64,000 nucleotides of DNA. Source: Daphnia carinata. Lineage: Eukaryota. The stretch spans positions 7,998,001 to 8,062,000 of the forward strand of contig NC_081333.1 of NCBI RefSeq assembly GCF_022539665.2. Reading direction: 5' to 3'. Shown in pieces: positions 14,201 through 28,800 of the stretch. The notes under the pieces are model-generated. The model searched no databases. It was not told the DNA's origin and was given only the letters and a program-made list of their open reading frames with translations. Numbering within the stretch: the stretch's first letter is position 1; each line of letters opens with the position of its first letter. A program made the translations under genes and the position numbers.

Positions 14201-17200
14201 CTTTGCTCCAAAGGGTTTCCAGCTTAACATCTAATGTAGTGGGCAACGTAAGCCGCGTAGCTTCATCCCAGATACAACAACAACAGCAGCAAACGGTCGA
14301 AACTGGCAAGTTATCGTACAATAAGGACCACTGCTTCACCTTGTTGGTCATTGACGACCAAAATACTGACTGGTACATACGTGAATATTTTCACTTCATT
14401 AACTCCGTGCCAATCAACGTACTTTTCTTCTTCATTTCTCGCTGTCTAAACGATGCCTTGCCACATTCATGAAACGATGAAGGTCAAAGTATTTCCGAGG
14501 ACGGCGGATTCACGGAGATTGGGACGTCAGAGTGGAACAGGCGGAATTCCGCGAACTCTCCATCACGGCTTCGACCGACGGCGGCGCCACTGTCTCCATG
14601 GCCGTTTACCGCAACGGCACCAAAGTCGTCAGGTGCTTCGCTAATAGCCCATTACTGCATCGCCAGCTCGTTTGAAAATCCCGCCAAACTAAATATCTTT
14701 TTGTTGGCGTTTACCAACTTCCCGATGCCCAGTTTGTCGGCCGAGTCAACGAGTACGAAGTCAATGCGTGTGCGTGTGACTGTGATGGAATCTTGAACAA
14801 GACGAAGGGCTAGAGGCGTCACAAATTCCAAACTATCAAATCTTGTGATTGGAATTTTTTTTTTTTTTTTTTTTAGCTTTCCTCTTTTAGTTGCAAAAAT
14901 GTGAAGAAAAAATAAAACAGACAGTTTAAATGATAAATTCATAACGACAGATATTTTTCTTTCTCTGCGCAGGGCTTTCCGACCGGATTTCGTGCTGATT
15001 CGCCAGAACATGCGTGACGCTGGTGAGGACTACAAATCCATCGTGCTCGGTCTCAAGTTTGGCGGTGTGCCCAGCATCAACTCTCTGGAGACCGTCTATC
15101 ATTTCCAGGTGAGACTTTCGTGCTTCAAAATTTCGGCACAATGAAATGCAATTTATTGCATTCCTTCTAGTTTCTTTTTTTTTTTTACGTTACAAAAAAG
15201 CGAATGGTATAAAAGATCGATGAGGCAAACAATGCAATCGTTGAGTTTCGCATTTGACCCAAAATGTATTGCCGAGGAAGGATCAGCTGGCATCGCAACG
15301 ATTGACGACATCGTTCATCGCCATTATAATTTGCGCACTGCAAGGGATGGGGGCAAGATTGAAACAAACAGCCGTTTGAATACCCGTCTATTTACAAGCC
15401 CCCCGAGGTGCGTTGTTTGTCTTGTCGAGCAGGAGGGCGATCCTTTACTTCCATTATCTTGGCTGAGTTGGATAAACAGTAAACATTGGCCGATCGCATC
15501 GGCAGCAATATATTACGCGCTCGGACAAACTTGTGTGCCGTGCGTCTGTTCAGTGACAGAAGTATATTTCGCAGCTTGCAGGGCAATAACACGGAATTGG
15601 CGCGCAATTCAAATTCCGCAAACTCCCCTTTCTTTTTTCGATTTTCCTTTCTTCCCTTTCTTTTTTCGATTTTCCTTTCTTCCCTTTCTTTTTTCGATTT
15701 TCCTTTCTTCCCTTTTGTCGACATTAGTGCGAAACATGGGACACATCGACTCGAAGTATGTCGGCGATTTCTGGCGCAGTAGCGCGCACAATATAAGCGG
15801 AACATTGGCATCACCCTGATTCTATAACAGGCCGAAGGCATACGTAAGGCTAGGGGGGAGGTCGCACTATAATTTCTCCGTCTTAAACCCCTTCACGCTT
15901 TGCAAAAGAGGGAACTTTTCATTATTTATAGCAAAGTACAAGCCCATGTTTTGGATTCCATTCAAGGAATGCACAACACGGAACAATTTCTGTCTCTATC
16001 CGCGCCTTTCGCCTTCTTCTCGCTCTAGTATAGTCCATCCATAAATGAACCGTTTCTATTCATAGATATACATGGGACCGATGGGCGTGACAACGGGTTT
16101 TTAAATAAGGTGTCCCCGTGTATTTATAACACGTCTATATGGTTGGCATCCTTTTTATATTCTTCCTTTGACGCACAAAGGTCTTTCTTTTTCTTTTTTC
16201 TTTACGCAGACTACATAGGCAAGGAAAAAGAAAGACATAGCAAATGGATGCCGAGGAATGCTATTTTTCAAATTATTATTATTATTATACATTATTTTTT
16301 TTTTTCATTACTCGAAAAAAGAAGTGGAAAAGAACCGTTCGTGTGCATCCGGTAAATCCGTCAGATTGAATAATCAGCCTTATACCGCAATGGCGAACAA
16401 AAAAACGAGTGGATCCGTCACGTCCTCCTCCGCCGTTTTTGCACGTGATGCACGCCTGCTGAATGAATAGTGGCATAGAATAGTCTTGTTTCGTTTCTCA
16501 GCAACCAATCTCCTTATTTTCCCCTATACGTCTTAGACTGTGCTAATGCTACACTATGGGAAACTGAGACGGAAATCATTCATCAGTCGGCGCATTTCTC
16601 TTAAATCGACTTGTACATTCGGCATTCGGCGAAAAGAGCAACAGACGGCACGGACGGACCAAACCGAAATAGAAGTGTGAATTCTTAAGACCCTCTAAAT
16701 TTAGCGTCGATTGTGTCCGCGTTCCCCCTTTCTTGTTTTCACATTTCGTTAGTTTAGTTTTAATTTTTTTTTGTTGGGCTGTTTTTTTTTTATTTCCCCC
16801 TCTTTTCTTTTTTTTTTTTTTTTTTTTTTTTTGCTTATTCAACTCGCAGAATATGAACGACTGGATAGAGAGAAACGGTTAGGGGGGTGGGGATGTCACA
16901 CATATAGAGATGTACGAAAATATCCGCGCGCGAAGACGGCAGGAATTCAAAAACGAAGAAAACGGACAAAATAGAACAAGGAGATGGTTTCGCTCGAGCG
17001 CATTCGGTCGTAGAGTGACGTCAAAGGCAAAGAGTTTCGCATTCCTTACGCTCGTGTTCATTAGAGCACAGGAAGGGTAAATCTTTATTTTTAATTTTTT
17101 TTTTTTTTTACCCTCCAGCAAAAATAAAAAAGGATGCCATGGATATTATTAATATCCATAGCAGTTCCAACACTTTTGTGTACGACGATGTAGCTAATAT

Positions 17201-20200
17201 CACGGTAGTGCCACACATTTTTAAAAGAATGAGCAAACGAAAGCAACGAGGGTGCTGACGGATAGAACGAAACAAGGTCGGCGAAAAAAAAAAGAAAGAG
17301 GAATAACTGACGATGATGAGTTAAACGACAACTTTCTTCACTCGGCTTATTTATCCTTCTTAAATACACAGACAGGCAGACAACAGAAATAAGGTTGTTT
17401 AGGCGATAGCAATAACTAGCTCCTAGCTGAGTATTCTTCGGCCGTTGAAAGATTCACGTTGAAGCAGCTCCCGATGTCTTTGGGACGTTTGGTATATGTT
17501 TTTCGTCCGCATTGCTACACTCTTATTTCTTGGCCCGAAATTCTTTTGGGTTTTTTATGACGTTAGCGATCAGTTTGTATCCAGAGAATTTCTGGTGCTG
17601 ATCCGAGCACTCAAGCAACACAACTTTATCTCGTTAGCTTCGAATCTATTAGCCTGCCTTATTTCTTAAGAAGTGATTTATCTAGACAATTTTTTTCAGG
17701 ATAAAAATGGACAAAAAAAAACGAGCTAGTAATAAAAAAAAAAAGAAAATCTAGAAGTTAATGCTCCGGTCCAATCTGCTGATTTTTTTTACGAGTATAC
17801 GTCGGCGTAAATACTGGGTGGTACGTATGATGTGCTTTGGACTTTGGGAGGTCTTCTATGTCTTCGATGTTTATTGGCAATGCATTTTTGTTTAGCTTTA
17901 CTGGTACGAAATTTTACGTCCAAACTGAACTTGACCGTAAATTGATAATGATGATGTGACGACAGGACAAACCGTGGGTGTTTGGCCATCTGCTGGATCT
18001 GCAACGTCGTTTCGGCCGCGAGCAATTCCCCCTGATCGACCAGACCTTCTACCCCAACCACCGCGAAATGGTAAGTCAAAACCTAGAGTATTTTAATTAC
18101 ATCTCCTAGCTTTTGCGTATCTAAGAAGGTCATGGTTCTCTCCAACAAAACTAGACGAGAAACAACGAATAGGCAAGTGCGTTTTAATAGAGTCCAGAAG
18201 AACCAACTGGTTTTTAGACGACTGTCTTGCCACGTCTCCATGTCTTGTTGCACTTGAGAGAATAGAGAGGAAAAAAAAGGGGGGGGGGATAGAAACAAGT
18301 TGGCCGTTTTGTCTTGGGCGTTTATTTCCGTCGACTTCTTGAGTGAACGACCGCGTTACAGTTACTGTTCTCCATCTGCCTTTCAGCGTTAAATTGAATC
18401 CCGTAGACCACTTTGCGTGAAAATAGGGAGGCCACTAATGAAATCAGACCAAGAACTGCTCGTTTTTCTTTTTCCATTCGTTTATTTTTGTTTCGCATAT
18501 TGTGGTCGTTATGTTATTATTTTTCCTCTTTGATATTCGTAATTTTTGTACAGTATAGTGTGTGACGCAATGGCCAAATTCAGGACAAGTAAGACAACAA
18601 ACGTTACATGTTAGCATCACGTCAGCGGAACCATGAATCCATGAGTTTCTTTTAAAAAGTTATGCAATTCGAGAAAACATTTCACACTCGCTTGAAATTA
18701 GGACGAGAAAAAAAAAACACTTGGGACGATGAGAGGGGGGGGGGGAGTGTTTACACTTTGTTTTGTTTCTTTATTGTTAAGTAATTTCGGCGTTTGTTAT
18801 CTCTTTTCGTTTCTTCCCATCGTGTTGCACGGAGGCATTATTTTCTTTTCACAGAAATACGCTGCTGTAGTTCAAGGATCGTTTACAAAAGATGTATCGC
18901 GTTGGCCGCGACGCAACACAAACACGCACACAAATAGTTCATATACAAACACACATATCCTGTTAGTTCATCATTCGAACGACAACAAGAAAAGAAAACA
19001 ACAACAAAAAGAGAAAGAACGAAAGAAAAACAAAGGGAAAAGAATTGTACATAATTGAAACGATCCAGTTGAGACACGCGGAACAATTGAGAGACAGACG
19101 ATAAAATACCCTACTATACAACAATGTTATGTATATATATGTATATATATAATATGTATATAAATAGTGCGGTGAAACTGTGCGTGAGAGGGGGGGGGGC
19201 GGATGTGTCTGTACAGTAGGGCACAATGGCTGCCAACTGGGAGGAAATTAGATTCGGTGCTGGGAGTCGGGAGAAAAAAAAAACGAGTTGAAAAAAGGAG
19301 GCAGTCGGAGGAATTTGGCAGCACTGGATCAAAAAGATATCATCAGAGAAATCGTACATGGAGCGAGTCCTGGTTGCGTACATATCGGCGTATTTTGCTC
19401 CTTTCAAGACTTGAGTAGTAAATTGTTTTTCCATCGCCGAGACGACGAGGTGGCAACGGCTGAAATCGGTGCCGTTCGGGCTGGAGCGTCGGGATTCTTT
19501 GCATCGGCGCCGTTCCGTTTCTTACTGCATTGTCGGTACGATCTTGAATGCGACCAGCGACATGTGCCGCTGCCACCACCGCCGTTACCGCGCGTGCAAA
19601 TGGCGTGCATGGATTGACAATCGTGCCAGTCGAACGCCGTGTCCCATGTGCAGGCTTGAGTTGTTGACGGACACTTACCCCACCAATGACATTCCATGAC
19701 CTAATTAAGCGAGACGAGTCATTAGCACAACAGCGCGAGAAGCCGAGGTGTTGGCATAGGTGTTGAAACTGACCTTGCAGTCGCATCCGCGCTGGTAGAG
19801 ACGCCGGAAACCTTTGCGCTGGATGGGTGTCATGCGGTCCCAATCGTGGACAAAGTTGCACAAGTTGATCCAGGGTTTGCCGGAACGGATGTTGCCCGTC
19901 AACAGGTAGCGCTTACCCGGCTTGAGTCTGATGCCGCAGGAAGCGTCGTGCGATGGCGTCAGGATGCGTCCGTAGGACAAGGCTTGACGGCCCGACTCGG
20001 TCACCTTGAACTCCTTCTTGATGCGGACCTTGTAGGCACGCGACCATTCGGATCTGTCGTGCACGATGCGCTTCACGTGAGCTAGAACAACTGCGTGAAA
20101 GTTAAGAAGAAAAAAAAAGAAGAGAGAAATTGAGCTTAAAAGGTCGCTTTTGATTGGCGGTTAACGTGTTCCAAAAACTGATAATAATACCGTACCAAAA

Positions 20201-23200
20201 TCAGCCGAACAGTAGTGCTCTTGTGGATGACGCTTGGAGCAGCTGCATCCATCGGCCATGGTGGCCATGGCCGTCAGGAGGGCCAGGACCGACAAAAGAG
20301 CCCAGCACTTCATCTTCATAATGAAAAAGAGAAGGAAAAAAACAAAACAAAAAAACGTTTAAACTTAATTTTCAAGTGGAATGAAAACATTCGTCCTTTC
20401 TTTTCCCCCTACTTCTCTCATTTCATTGTTATCCCCAATTGTTTTTCTTCTACGTCGCTGCACGTTTCGTTCTACAAAGAACGAAAACAAGAAAGAGTAG
20501 AAGAGGCTTGTCCAATTAATTCAGAACAGTCAATTCCCAGGGTCTTTTGATTTGATTTCCTATCTAACCTTTTCAATGGTCAAGTGGTCGTGGCCAAACG
20601 ACCACGAGCGTGAGACAAGCAAAAAGAAAAGAGAAGTGAAGGGGCGCTCTAACATTTGGACAGGCCACCGCCGGCCAGTGTCTGTCTATATCGATATGTT
20701 AGGTTGAATGGTTGTGTATGCAAAGTGACTAGCCAACTGCACAGGTGCGTCGTCGAGGAGGATATTTATAAAAGAAAGAAAGAATGAACGAAAAAAAATG
20801 GAAGAATGAAACAAAAAAAAAAAAAGGAGCGAGCGCTGCTGCACCCAGCGGGGAGTTTATACTACTATACACACACACACACACACACACACTCTGCTTT
20901 GCTTTGCTTTTATGTCTTGCAGCTGGTGAAAGAACATAGTATTAAGACGGGACGTGGCAAGTACGGAGAGAGAGTTTTGACACGTTACCTAAAACACTTT
21001 CCAGTCCCGTTTACATTTTCTTTTGCGTTAAGCGAAACGATCGAGGAAAAAGAAAAAAAAAACCGTGACAAAGATTTTTGGCTAATTTCAATCGTCCTTC
21101 CCCCCCCCCCCCCCCCTCCCTTTTTTTTTTTTTGTTGAATTTCATACACGGCCATGCTATGTGCAACGTGACTTGGCGAGAGGTAAATACCGTGACCCAA
21201 ATTGCATGATGTCTCGTCCCGCCTTGTAACGAAGTAGAAGCAAAAAAAAAAGAATTTGTTTAATGACGGTATACCTCTCGGCAGGTTGATTGGATACTGG
21301 CTCTTATTTTTCTTCCTTTTTGTCTTCTTTCGTCGATTCCACCACCATCACCACCTTTTCGTAGGCTAATGGCAGGTTCCTCCTTTTTGGGGCTTGCGGA
21401 ACTTTGTATGGCTCAAGGGTCGACGAACAACAACAAGAAAACAACACGACTGAGAAAGAAATGTTTGTTGAATGACCGGCTGAGTTTGGCCTCTCGCGTC
21501 TTTCTTTCACTTTTTTTTTTTCTAGGAAAATTGTATGAAATAGTTTTGTTTTTGTTTCCCCCTTTTTGAGGAGTAGTTTATGAATGAAACTGCGGATTTC
21601 AGTTTAGAGAACAAACAACAAGAACACGCTTGACTGTAGAGCTGGAGCGGCTGGCTGCCGTCTGATCGTTGAGCGTGAATCCCGCGCCTCCTTTTATATA
21701 CAAGCAAGTTGCATTGGGAAAACTCCCTATACACGACGGGAGACGGGACGTCATGGCTCCTCCTCTTCTGATGAGTCTCGTCGACTCCTCCTACCTCACG
21801 CCAACCTCACAGTAACACACTGTGAGACACGGAGAAAAGAAAGACTAGAACCAAAACAAAAAGAAGCTGAAAAAAAAAAAAGTCTTGAGAAAATTACTCG
21901 ACTAAGTTATATAAGTTTTAGTAAATCAACGTTATTCCCTTCGTCGTCGTTTTGCCTTTCGGTTTTTTGTTCCAGGTTCATTTTTTTTGTGTTCCGTTGT
22001 CGTTGGGTTTCATTCAATGAAGACGACGCCGTCCGTTTATCGAATCGCAATCTCGTTTGCCCGATTTTTATTCGTGTTACCTTGTTTATTTGGTGTTTTC
22101 TCTTCCAAATTAGGAGAATCTAAATAACGATTGTGGCCGATGACGTCATTTCAAACTTTTCCGTTTCTCTCTTTCTCTTCATTTTTTTCTTGTTGTGTGT
22201 GTAAATCTCGCTATGCTCCTTCTGGTGTCTCATCTCCATACTCCAGTCCCGCGTTCGCGCCAGACTGTGTGACTCGCCGAATTTTTTCTTTTTCTTTTTT
22301 TCCCCCTCAGTTTTCTAAGACTTCATTGATCATTCACGCGGCTTACCGTACGCCACGCCAACACCACCACGGCTATTCTACGATTATAAGGGAAGGCTAG
22401 GCTTCTTTCTTCTTTGATGGGTGGGAAAGGCCGTTTCGAACGTCCTCGTCGTCGGGGAAATGATATGCACGTCGCATACAATACTGTCCGTAAATGGACA
22501 CCAGTTGACGTTCATTTTGTCCTTTCTGAAATATGCTGACGGCTTCGCAGAACGATTTTCCGGCGCTTTTTGTAATAACCGAAAACGAAACGATTCTGTG
22601 CTAGATGCATTGTACCCGACTACTGCCATTTTTTTTAGTTGCACAGCGCACCTAAAAGTAGGTGGGAGCTGCAGGTGTAGCCATAGTTATGTTTTATTTT
22701 CAAGACTGCCCAATGTTTTTTTTTGTGTGTGTTCAATAGTTCACGACCATACTAATACTCCAAAGGGCACAGAGGAGAAAACAATTAGTTTGTTTTCAAA
22801 TGGCCAAATGTTTTTTTCTTTTGCGCCTCCTCTTTTTCGCCATGTTTAGCATCTTGTCCGGCTGAAATTTTGCCATGCCATTTGCGTGACCTTTATATAC
22901 ACCATAACATTCTTTGATCACGAGAGATTGCTAGGTGACGTTTAATCTGGTGGCCGTCGCGGTTGCAAGTGCCACACACACAATACTCCAGGTGTATTTT
23001 CTATACACACACACACATCCGCTGGATTCAAATGCAAATGAAGCGAGTTTCTACGTGCAGCTGTGCATCTTATTTTTTGTGCGCGTGTGTTACCATGTTA
23101 GGGTTGGGGGGCGGCCGAGAAAAGAGCCGTGTCATTGAGAAAAGATCAAAGAAAAGACGGAAAAGAAAGAAATGCAGCCGAGAGAGAGAGAGCCCTATAC

Positions 23201-25864
23201 CGTATAAAATACTTGTCTTGTTAGTAACAACAAGCTCACGATGGAGTGTATAAATGGGCAAGGTTGAACGTTGGTAGCGATCACGACACGTCGCTTCAAA
23301 GAGATTGAAATTACGTTTTCCTTTCCTTTTTTTTTCCTTTTTCTTTTACTCTTCGTGCTTCAGTATGTGGAAAACAACGGACATTGTTTGTAATCGAATT
23401 TTTCGCACCTGCAAAAAGGCGCACGCTGGAAACCGGATCGTGAAAGTGATGACGGCGTGTGTGCCATAAATATTCTACCACACCAACTATACAGATACGC
23501 AGTCATGCACGATATCGGGTCATGATTCAGTGTCATTGTTGATCCTCGTCTCCCTCAAGCTTTGTTGATTGTTGTCTTAATGGAATCAAAAAGATTCCGC
23601 ACGGACAATGCGCGGCTCGTTATTGCCAAGAGAAAGGCGCATACGAATTTTGTATTAATCATCTCGTCGACGAGGTGCGCCTCTACTATCATAAGAGTCG
23701 CTTACTTTTTTCTCTCCCGTTTTTCATTAGTATTGTAAATGTGCAGCTGATATGATGTAGCATCTTCGATAGTGATAACTACGTCCTAACGTAATTGTTG
23801 ACGATGATAGATCTCGGCTCCTCGGTTGCCCGCCGTCCTCAAAATCGGCCACGCTCACGGAGGACTCGGCAAACTCAAGGTGGAGACTCCGCTGGATTTC
23901 CAAGACGCCGCGTCCGTCGTAGCTGTTTCCAATTCCTACTGGTACAAAACGAGAAAATGCGCTTCTTTTTTTCTTACCCATTTATTTAATGTCAAATGCT
24001 TTTTTTTATTTGTTTCCGCAGTACGGTAGAGCCTTACGTGGACTCCAAGTTCGACGTGCACATCCAGAAGATCGGCAACTACTACAAAGCCTTCATGTAA
24101 ATGAATCATTTTTCTTGCGTTCTATCGTGGTAATCGATTCGTTTGATAGTGAAGGTGTGTGGACAAAAATTCCGCGTCGTTAGATATGACCGCGTGTCCC
24201 CCAAAAGTCATGCGGGGACCGCTATGTCAAGCAATCAACGGTGCGCTGTAGACATTTTTGGGTGACGTCAGACGAAACTCCCATAATTGAGTCAGTTCTC
24301 TGGCCGAAATAGTCGTCGAGTCATCAGCATCTCGACGCATTAGCATATCTGTCGTCCTGCTTTTTATCGGCTCTCACTAACTCACGCGATGATATAACTC
24401 ACGGGGCCTTATGTTGGCTGCCATATTGGACGACAAAAAGCAACGGACGATTCACGCTGAGAACGGTCAGGTGCCAGCGATAAGCCGAGCTAAATCCAGC
24501 AAGAACAAGCCGGATACGATAGGAGTGAAGAGAGAGTTGGAACAGAAATAGGAGAATTCAGAAAAGAAAGAAAAAATTTTTATCGCATGCAAAAAATGTA
24601 TCACAGATGGTCATTAATGATGACTCATTTGGGAATGTCTTTTTGATGAATCATCCATACGGATGTTTTTTAATTCAGGCGCAAGTCGATTTCGGGCAAC
24701 TGGAAGACTAACCTGGGCTCGGCCATGCTAGAGCAGACACCCATGACGGACAAGTACCGCGGCTGGATCGAGGCCGTCTCGGCCCAATTTGGCGGCCTCG
24801 ATCTCTGCGCCCTGGAGGTCTTGGTGGCCCGCGACGGACGCGAGATCATCATGGAGCTCAACGACTGCGCCTTGCCGCTCCTCGGCGACTCGCAAGAGGA
24901 GGACCGCCGTCTCATCTCGGAGCTCGTCCTCCATCGTATGAACGTGAGTATGAGTCACGATATGCATTTGAAGGGGAGCGGGGGAGATTTCCATATGGCA
25001 CCAGCAGGATATTGTTGATTTTTCTTTTCTCTTCCTCTTCTTTGTTTGTTTCCCTTCTTTAAACTTCTAGTGCCCTTTTCTTTAAAGATGTTTTTTTCTA
25101 TCAATTCGTGGCTCTACGTTTTCGATTAATCAAATCGTTGTACTACATTTATCGTGAGGCTATTAAAACGGGTGGGCCCCAGAACAGAACGTGTGGTTGG
25201 GAAAACACACGTCGAAAGATATGCAAATGTTATTGCCCCATGGCACGATCACGTGTTCGACAGCGCATTTCGAATTCCGAGAAGTTCCCGGTTTGGGACG
25301 TTGTGGCGTAATGTTGGATCGCATCCGACTTTTCTCCCCCAAGCAAAGTGTCAAAAATCAACGTAATTTATTATTATTATTTTTCTGATATGTCCAATAA
25401 TTTAGACTCAATGTCGACCACCTGGGATGCCACCCGGTCCACTTGCTGGTCCGGCTCCATCCACCATGTCGAACGCGCAATCCCGCCATTCGATAACAAG
25501 CGGTAGTCGACCAGAATCGCCAATGGAAATGGAACGTAGCAGCTCAGCTATTCCGCCTTCGCTGGCCGGCGAAGATTCAGTTCCAGGAGTCGCTGGTGGT
25601 GCCCCGGCGTTGGCTTCTCAGCAGTCAACGCCATCGCACCAGCCAACGTCTCGTGACGTCTTGGGTGGAGGCAATCCATTCCTCACCCGACGCGGTACCG
25701 AAGACGGGTCGCAGTCCGTTTCCGCAGGATCGTTGGCCCGTTCCTTTTTTACTCGCAGTTCGTCCCAACAAGCGCAGGAAGGATCAACTGGAGGACCTGA
25801 CGACGGTGAGGACACGATGAAGAATCTGCGGAAAACATTCGCCGGAATCTTCGGTGACATGTAA
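11247..25864 (+). CDS. Syn: Synapsin
   Basis: Exons: ..11305 ([19 protein letters not shown]), 11470-11659 (RFSSGDL, domain A PKA site), 14095-14372 ([28 protein letters not shown]), 14483-14632, 14973-15108 ([19 protein letters not shown]), 17966-18070 ([17 protein letters not shown]), 23811-23941 ([13 protein letters not shown]), 24022-24096 ([16 protein letters not shown]), 24679-24943 ([29 protein letters not shown]), 25406-25864 (domain [19 protein letters not shown]). Phases are consistent; the start codon is uncertain. Confidence 0.97.
15626..15715. repeat. 28-bp pyrimidine-rich tandem repeat, about 3 copies, in a synapsin intron
   Basis: Unit ccctttcttttttcgattttcctttctt repeated head to tail. 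Confidence 0.85.
19404..20313 (-). CDS. Timp: Tissue inhibitor of metalloproteinases, nested antisense in synapsin intron 18071-23810
   Basis: Exons 20196-20313 (signal peptide, then mature N-terminus [17 protein letters not shown]), 19774-20090 ([59 protein letters not shown]), 19404-19700 (Cys-rich C-domain). An alternative in-frame ATG lies at 20319. Confidence 0.96.
21690..21701 (-). promoter_or_regulatory. Candidate TATA box of Timp
   Basis: TATATAAAAGG on the minus strand ~1.4 kb upstream of the Timp ATG; would imply a non-coding first exon. Confidence 0.4.
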
Positions 25865-28800
25865 AACTGTGTGAGGGAATTGGGGATTTTGCTAATCAAT
25901 GGACGATCGCAGACATGTTGATTTCTCATCCGAGAATGTGTATCAGATTCCCCTTTATCCAACGTCCAATCCAGCAGTGACCCAACATTAGAAAGATATT
26001 TCAATGTTATTCGATACTTTCTCTTTCTCTCCCTCCTATTTTCTCTCATCATATTGCGTGTTTTTCCACTCACCCTTTCTTCTCTATTCCCTAAGCCAAA
26101 CTATCAATCAATTAAGATGCAGAAAATAAGCGTACACACAACGAGGGCTGGAAGAAAAGAAGAAAAAATGTTTTATCATTGGGAAACCGAAAGCTCCAAA
26201 AAGAAAAGAAACAAAAAAAAATTTTAAAAAAATGGCAGATAGGAATTTTCTCTCTTCGAATAATAAATGTCCTTCCTTACTCAACCCTTTTTAATGCCCG
26301 TCCTAGTTTGTTTTAGAGTTCTGCATGCATGTTTTCTTCCCAGCAGTGGTATGCATTTTCTGGCAACCCCGGCAATTCTAAAAAAAAATCTGATACAGTT
26401 TAAATGTTTCTTTTTTTGCGGAAGGCAAACACAAAAAAGTGGAATAACGATTGATTCTTGCATCGTTTCGGGACATTCGGATTATTAGGTTGTTTTCGTT
26501 CAACCGCTAGAAAAAGGTTCATTACGTAACGTTGAACCATTGTTTCATTTGTGTTATTTACGAAACGGTTAGTGGCGTTGGCTTGTTTATCTTTATTTTA
26601 CTTTATTTAATCTTTTTTGTTATTTTTCAGCTGACTGTCAATTCTATTAATCATGTTAAAAAGTGTGTGTGTGCGTGTGCTATCACCTTTCTTTTTTCAG
26701 TTGTTTGCAAAGTACAGCCTACTTCCCGCCCATCATGCAATACGGAGAAGTCGGATGTGTTTTGTGCGTTAACGTTGGTGGCCATCATTGTAAGTTTTCC
26801 TCCCCAATTTCCCACGTATTAATACACGTGGAGCTGAGTGTCTTGAAACAAAAAATTTCATCACTTTTCATGGCCGGAATGCGATTGGGAAACTGACACT
26901 TGGACGGTACGTACACTACGCCATCTCAGTTCATAATAAAGCTGTTTAATCCTGTTTTCATCAGGTCTGCTTTGTTGTGTGTATTTCTGAATTTAGGATT
27001 CCCTTGCTTTGTCACTGGAGAATAATATGAAAAAAGATATCCGCAAGCGTATTACCTTACAAATGGCAACGGGAGACGGAGCGGCCGAAACTCATTGTCG
27101 GCCTCCAACGGGTGGAACTATCGAGGCCAGCCAAACCACTAAGCGAGGTCATTTTGTGATAGAACCAAAACTTCTTGCTGATGTCAAGTTTTTCGGGTTC
27201 CACGCCGCTTGGCACCATCAGATATGAATTCTCTCCCTTCCATTCTATCACTATCCACAAGTAATGGAAGAAAACGAGATGTCAAATGGTTACAAAACAA
27301 AAGCATTTCTCCTTTGTTTTCTTCTGCGGTATTCGTGAGTTAGATGGTGGGTGCAGCGACAGCCGTCAGACACTCGTCACTCGTAAGCTGGTCGAAAAGA
27401 TATGAATCTTGAATAGCTGGCGGCTAAGACACAATACTCTGTGTTTCTCTTGGTCTAACTTTATCCAATTAAATTCCGTCATATTTCTACCTTCTAATGT
27501 GTCAAATGTTGGATCGCCTTTCAAGGGATTAGTGGGTGCTATCTGACACACTATCGACCAGATCAAAGAAGAAAGAATGGTGTTGCACTGTTGGCTGCGA
27601 CGCACCCCCTTCTCCTTGGGAATGTAGGACCCATGTTAACATCGTGCGGCTCACGCAAAATTCTGCGAATACCATAAATAACGTATCGCACATCATCCTT
27701 TCCTGTTTTGTTTTAGATTTTAGCAAGTGTCCTGGTCGCCCACTGCATGATGGTCGGCCTTCGCTTGCGGTACGTGTCAATTGGCCAAGTATGTTAGTCT
27801 CGCCGTATCCGCATCTACAGTCGCTCGGTGATGGATAGATTTCGAGGAGCGTCCTTGCGTGTTGTACCATCTGCAAAAGTCACGAGCCAAAATCAGCCGC
27901 CTATTGAACACATACATAATACTGCCTCATGTTTGTTTGTTGCTATCTTCTCGGGTTGCCGACATCACAGACGGACGTATGCATATGACTTTGTCCGCTT
28001 TGTTGTAGAGTCCGGTCTCATCTGTTGATCGTGACTTCACTTGCTGTTTCTTCTCTAATTGACTATCTTTAAAGCCATTTTCTATTTGATTTTCTGTGCA
28101 GATGCATCAGTAGAAAATCTGATTATTTAATAGTGTAATTTGCTTTGTGTAATTTGTGAAATTACCGCAGGCCCATAGCGTATGCTTCAATTCAGAGTCC
28201 GGAGATAACCAGTAGTTTCGCCCATCGCTCAAGATTTTCCCTCAATGCAAATCTGGTGTGTTGGTAGTGAGCTGAGCTGACGGAATAAGACCCGAAACGG
28301 ATAGATGAGGCTCCGCACCAGGAAGTGCAACGAATCTTCATTTTTTTACTACAGTAAGTATGAATATTAAATATCTTGTAATCGTGCTAAAGTGAATCCT
28401 ACTACTAAACTGAGCGCCCTTCCTTCGACAAGTCAAAAGCAAATCGAATAAAGCATTTTGGACAGGTTGGCGCAAGAGACGGATTAGATGCAAGCTTGTT
28501 TGCGAATTATTGAAACATATTGTTGAGTCTCAGCTTTGTCAATCCATCAGTGACGACTGACGAATGAATGTTGAAGAGGCAACTTTCCTTGCCCATGGCC
28601 ATAGCTCGATCCTGGTTTTGTGTACGGTATACCGCGAAAAAAGAGACAATTGAATTTCAGCTTCAGACAATCCTTCATTCGTCATTTCATGGTTCCTTGA
28701 CAGCCTTTGCTTGAGCTGTCGGCTTCCAAAATCAAACTGCATTTTTAAAGAACAGCCCCATGTTTCACCATACACTTCACAAAGCACCAGCGGCTCCCAT

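Noticed and set aside
25862..25920. Stop-codon read-through extension of synapsin as in Drosophila
   Set aside because: The stop is TAA and a TGA follows after about 18 codons; there is no long downstream ORF.
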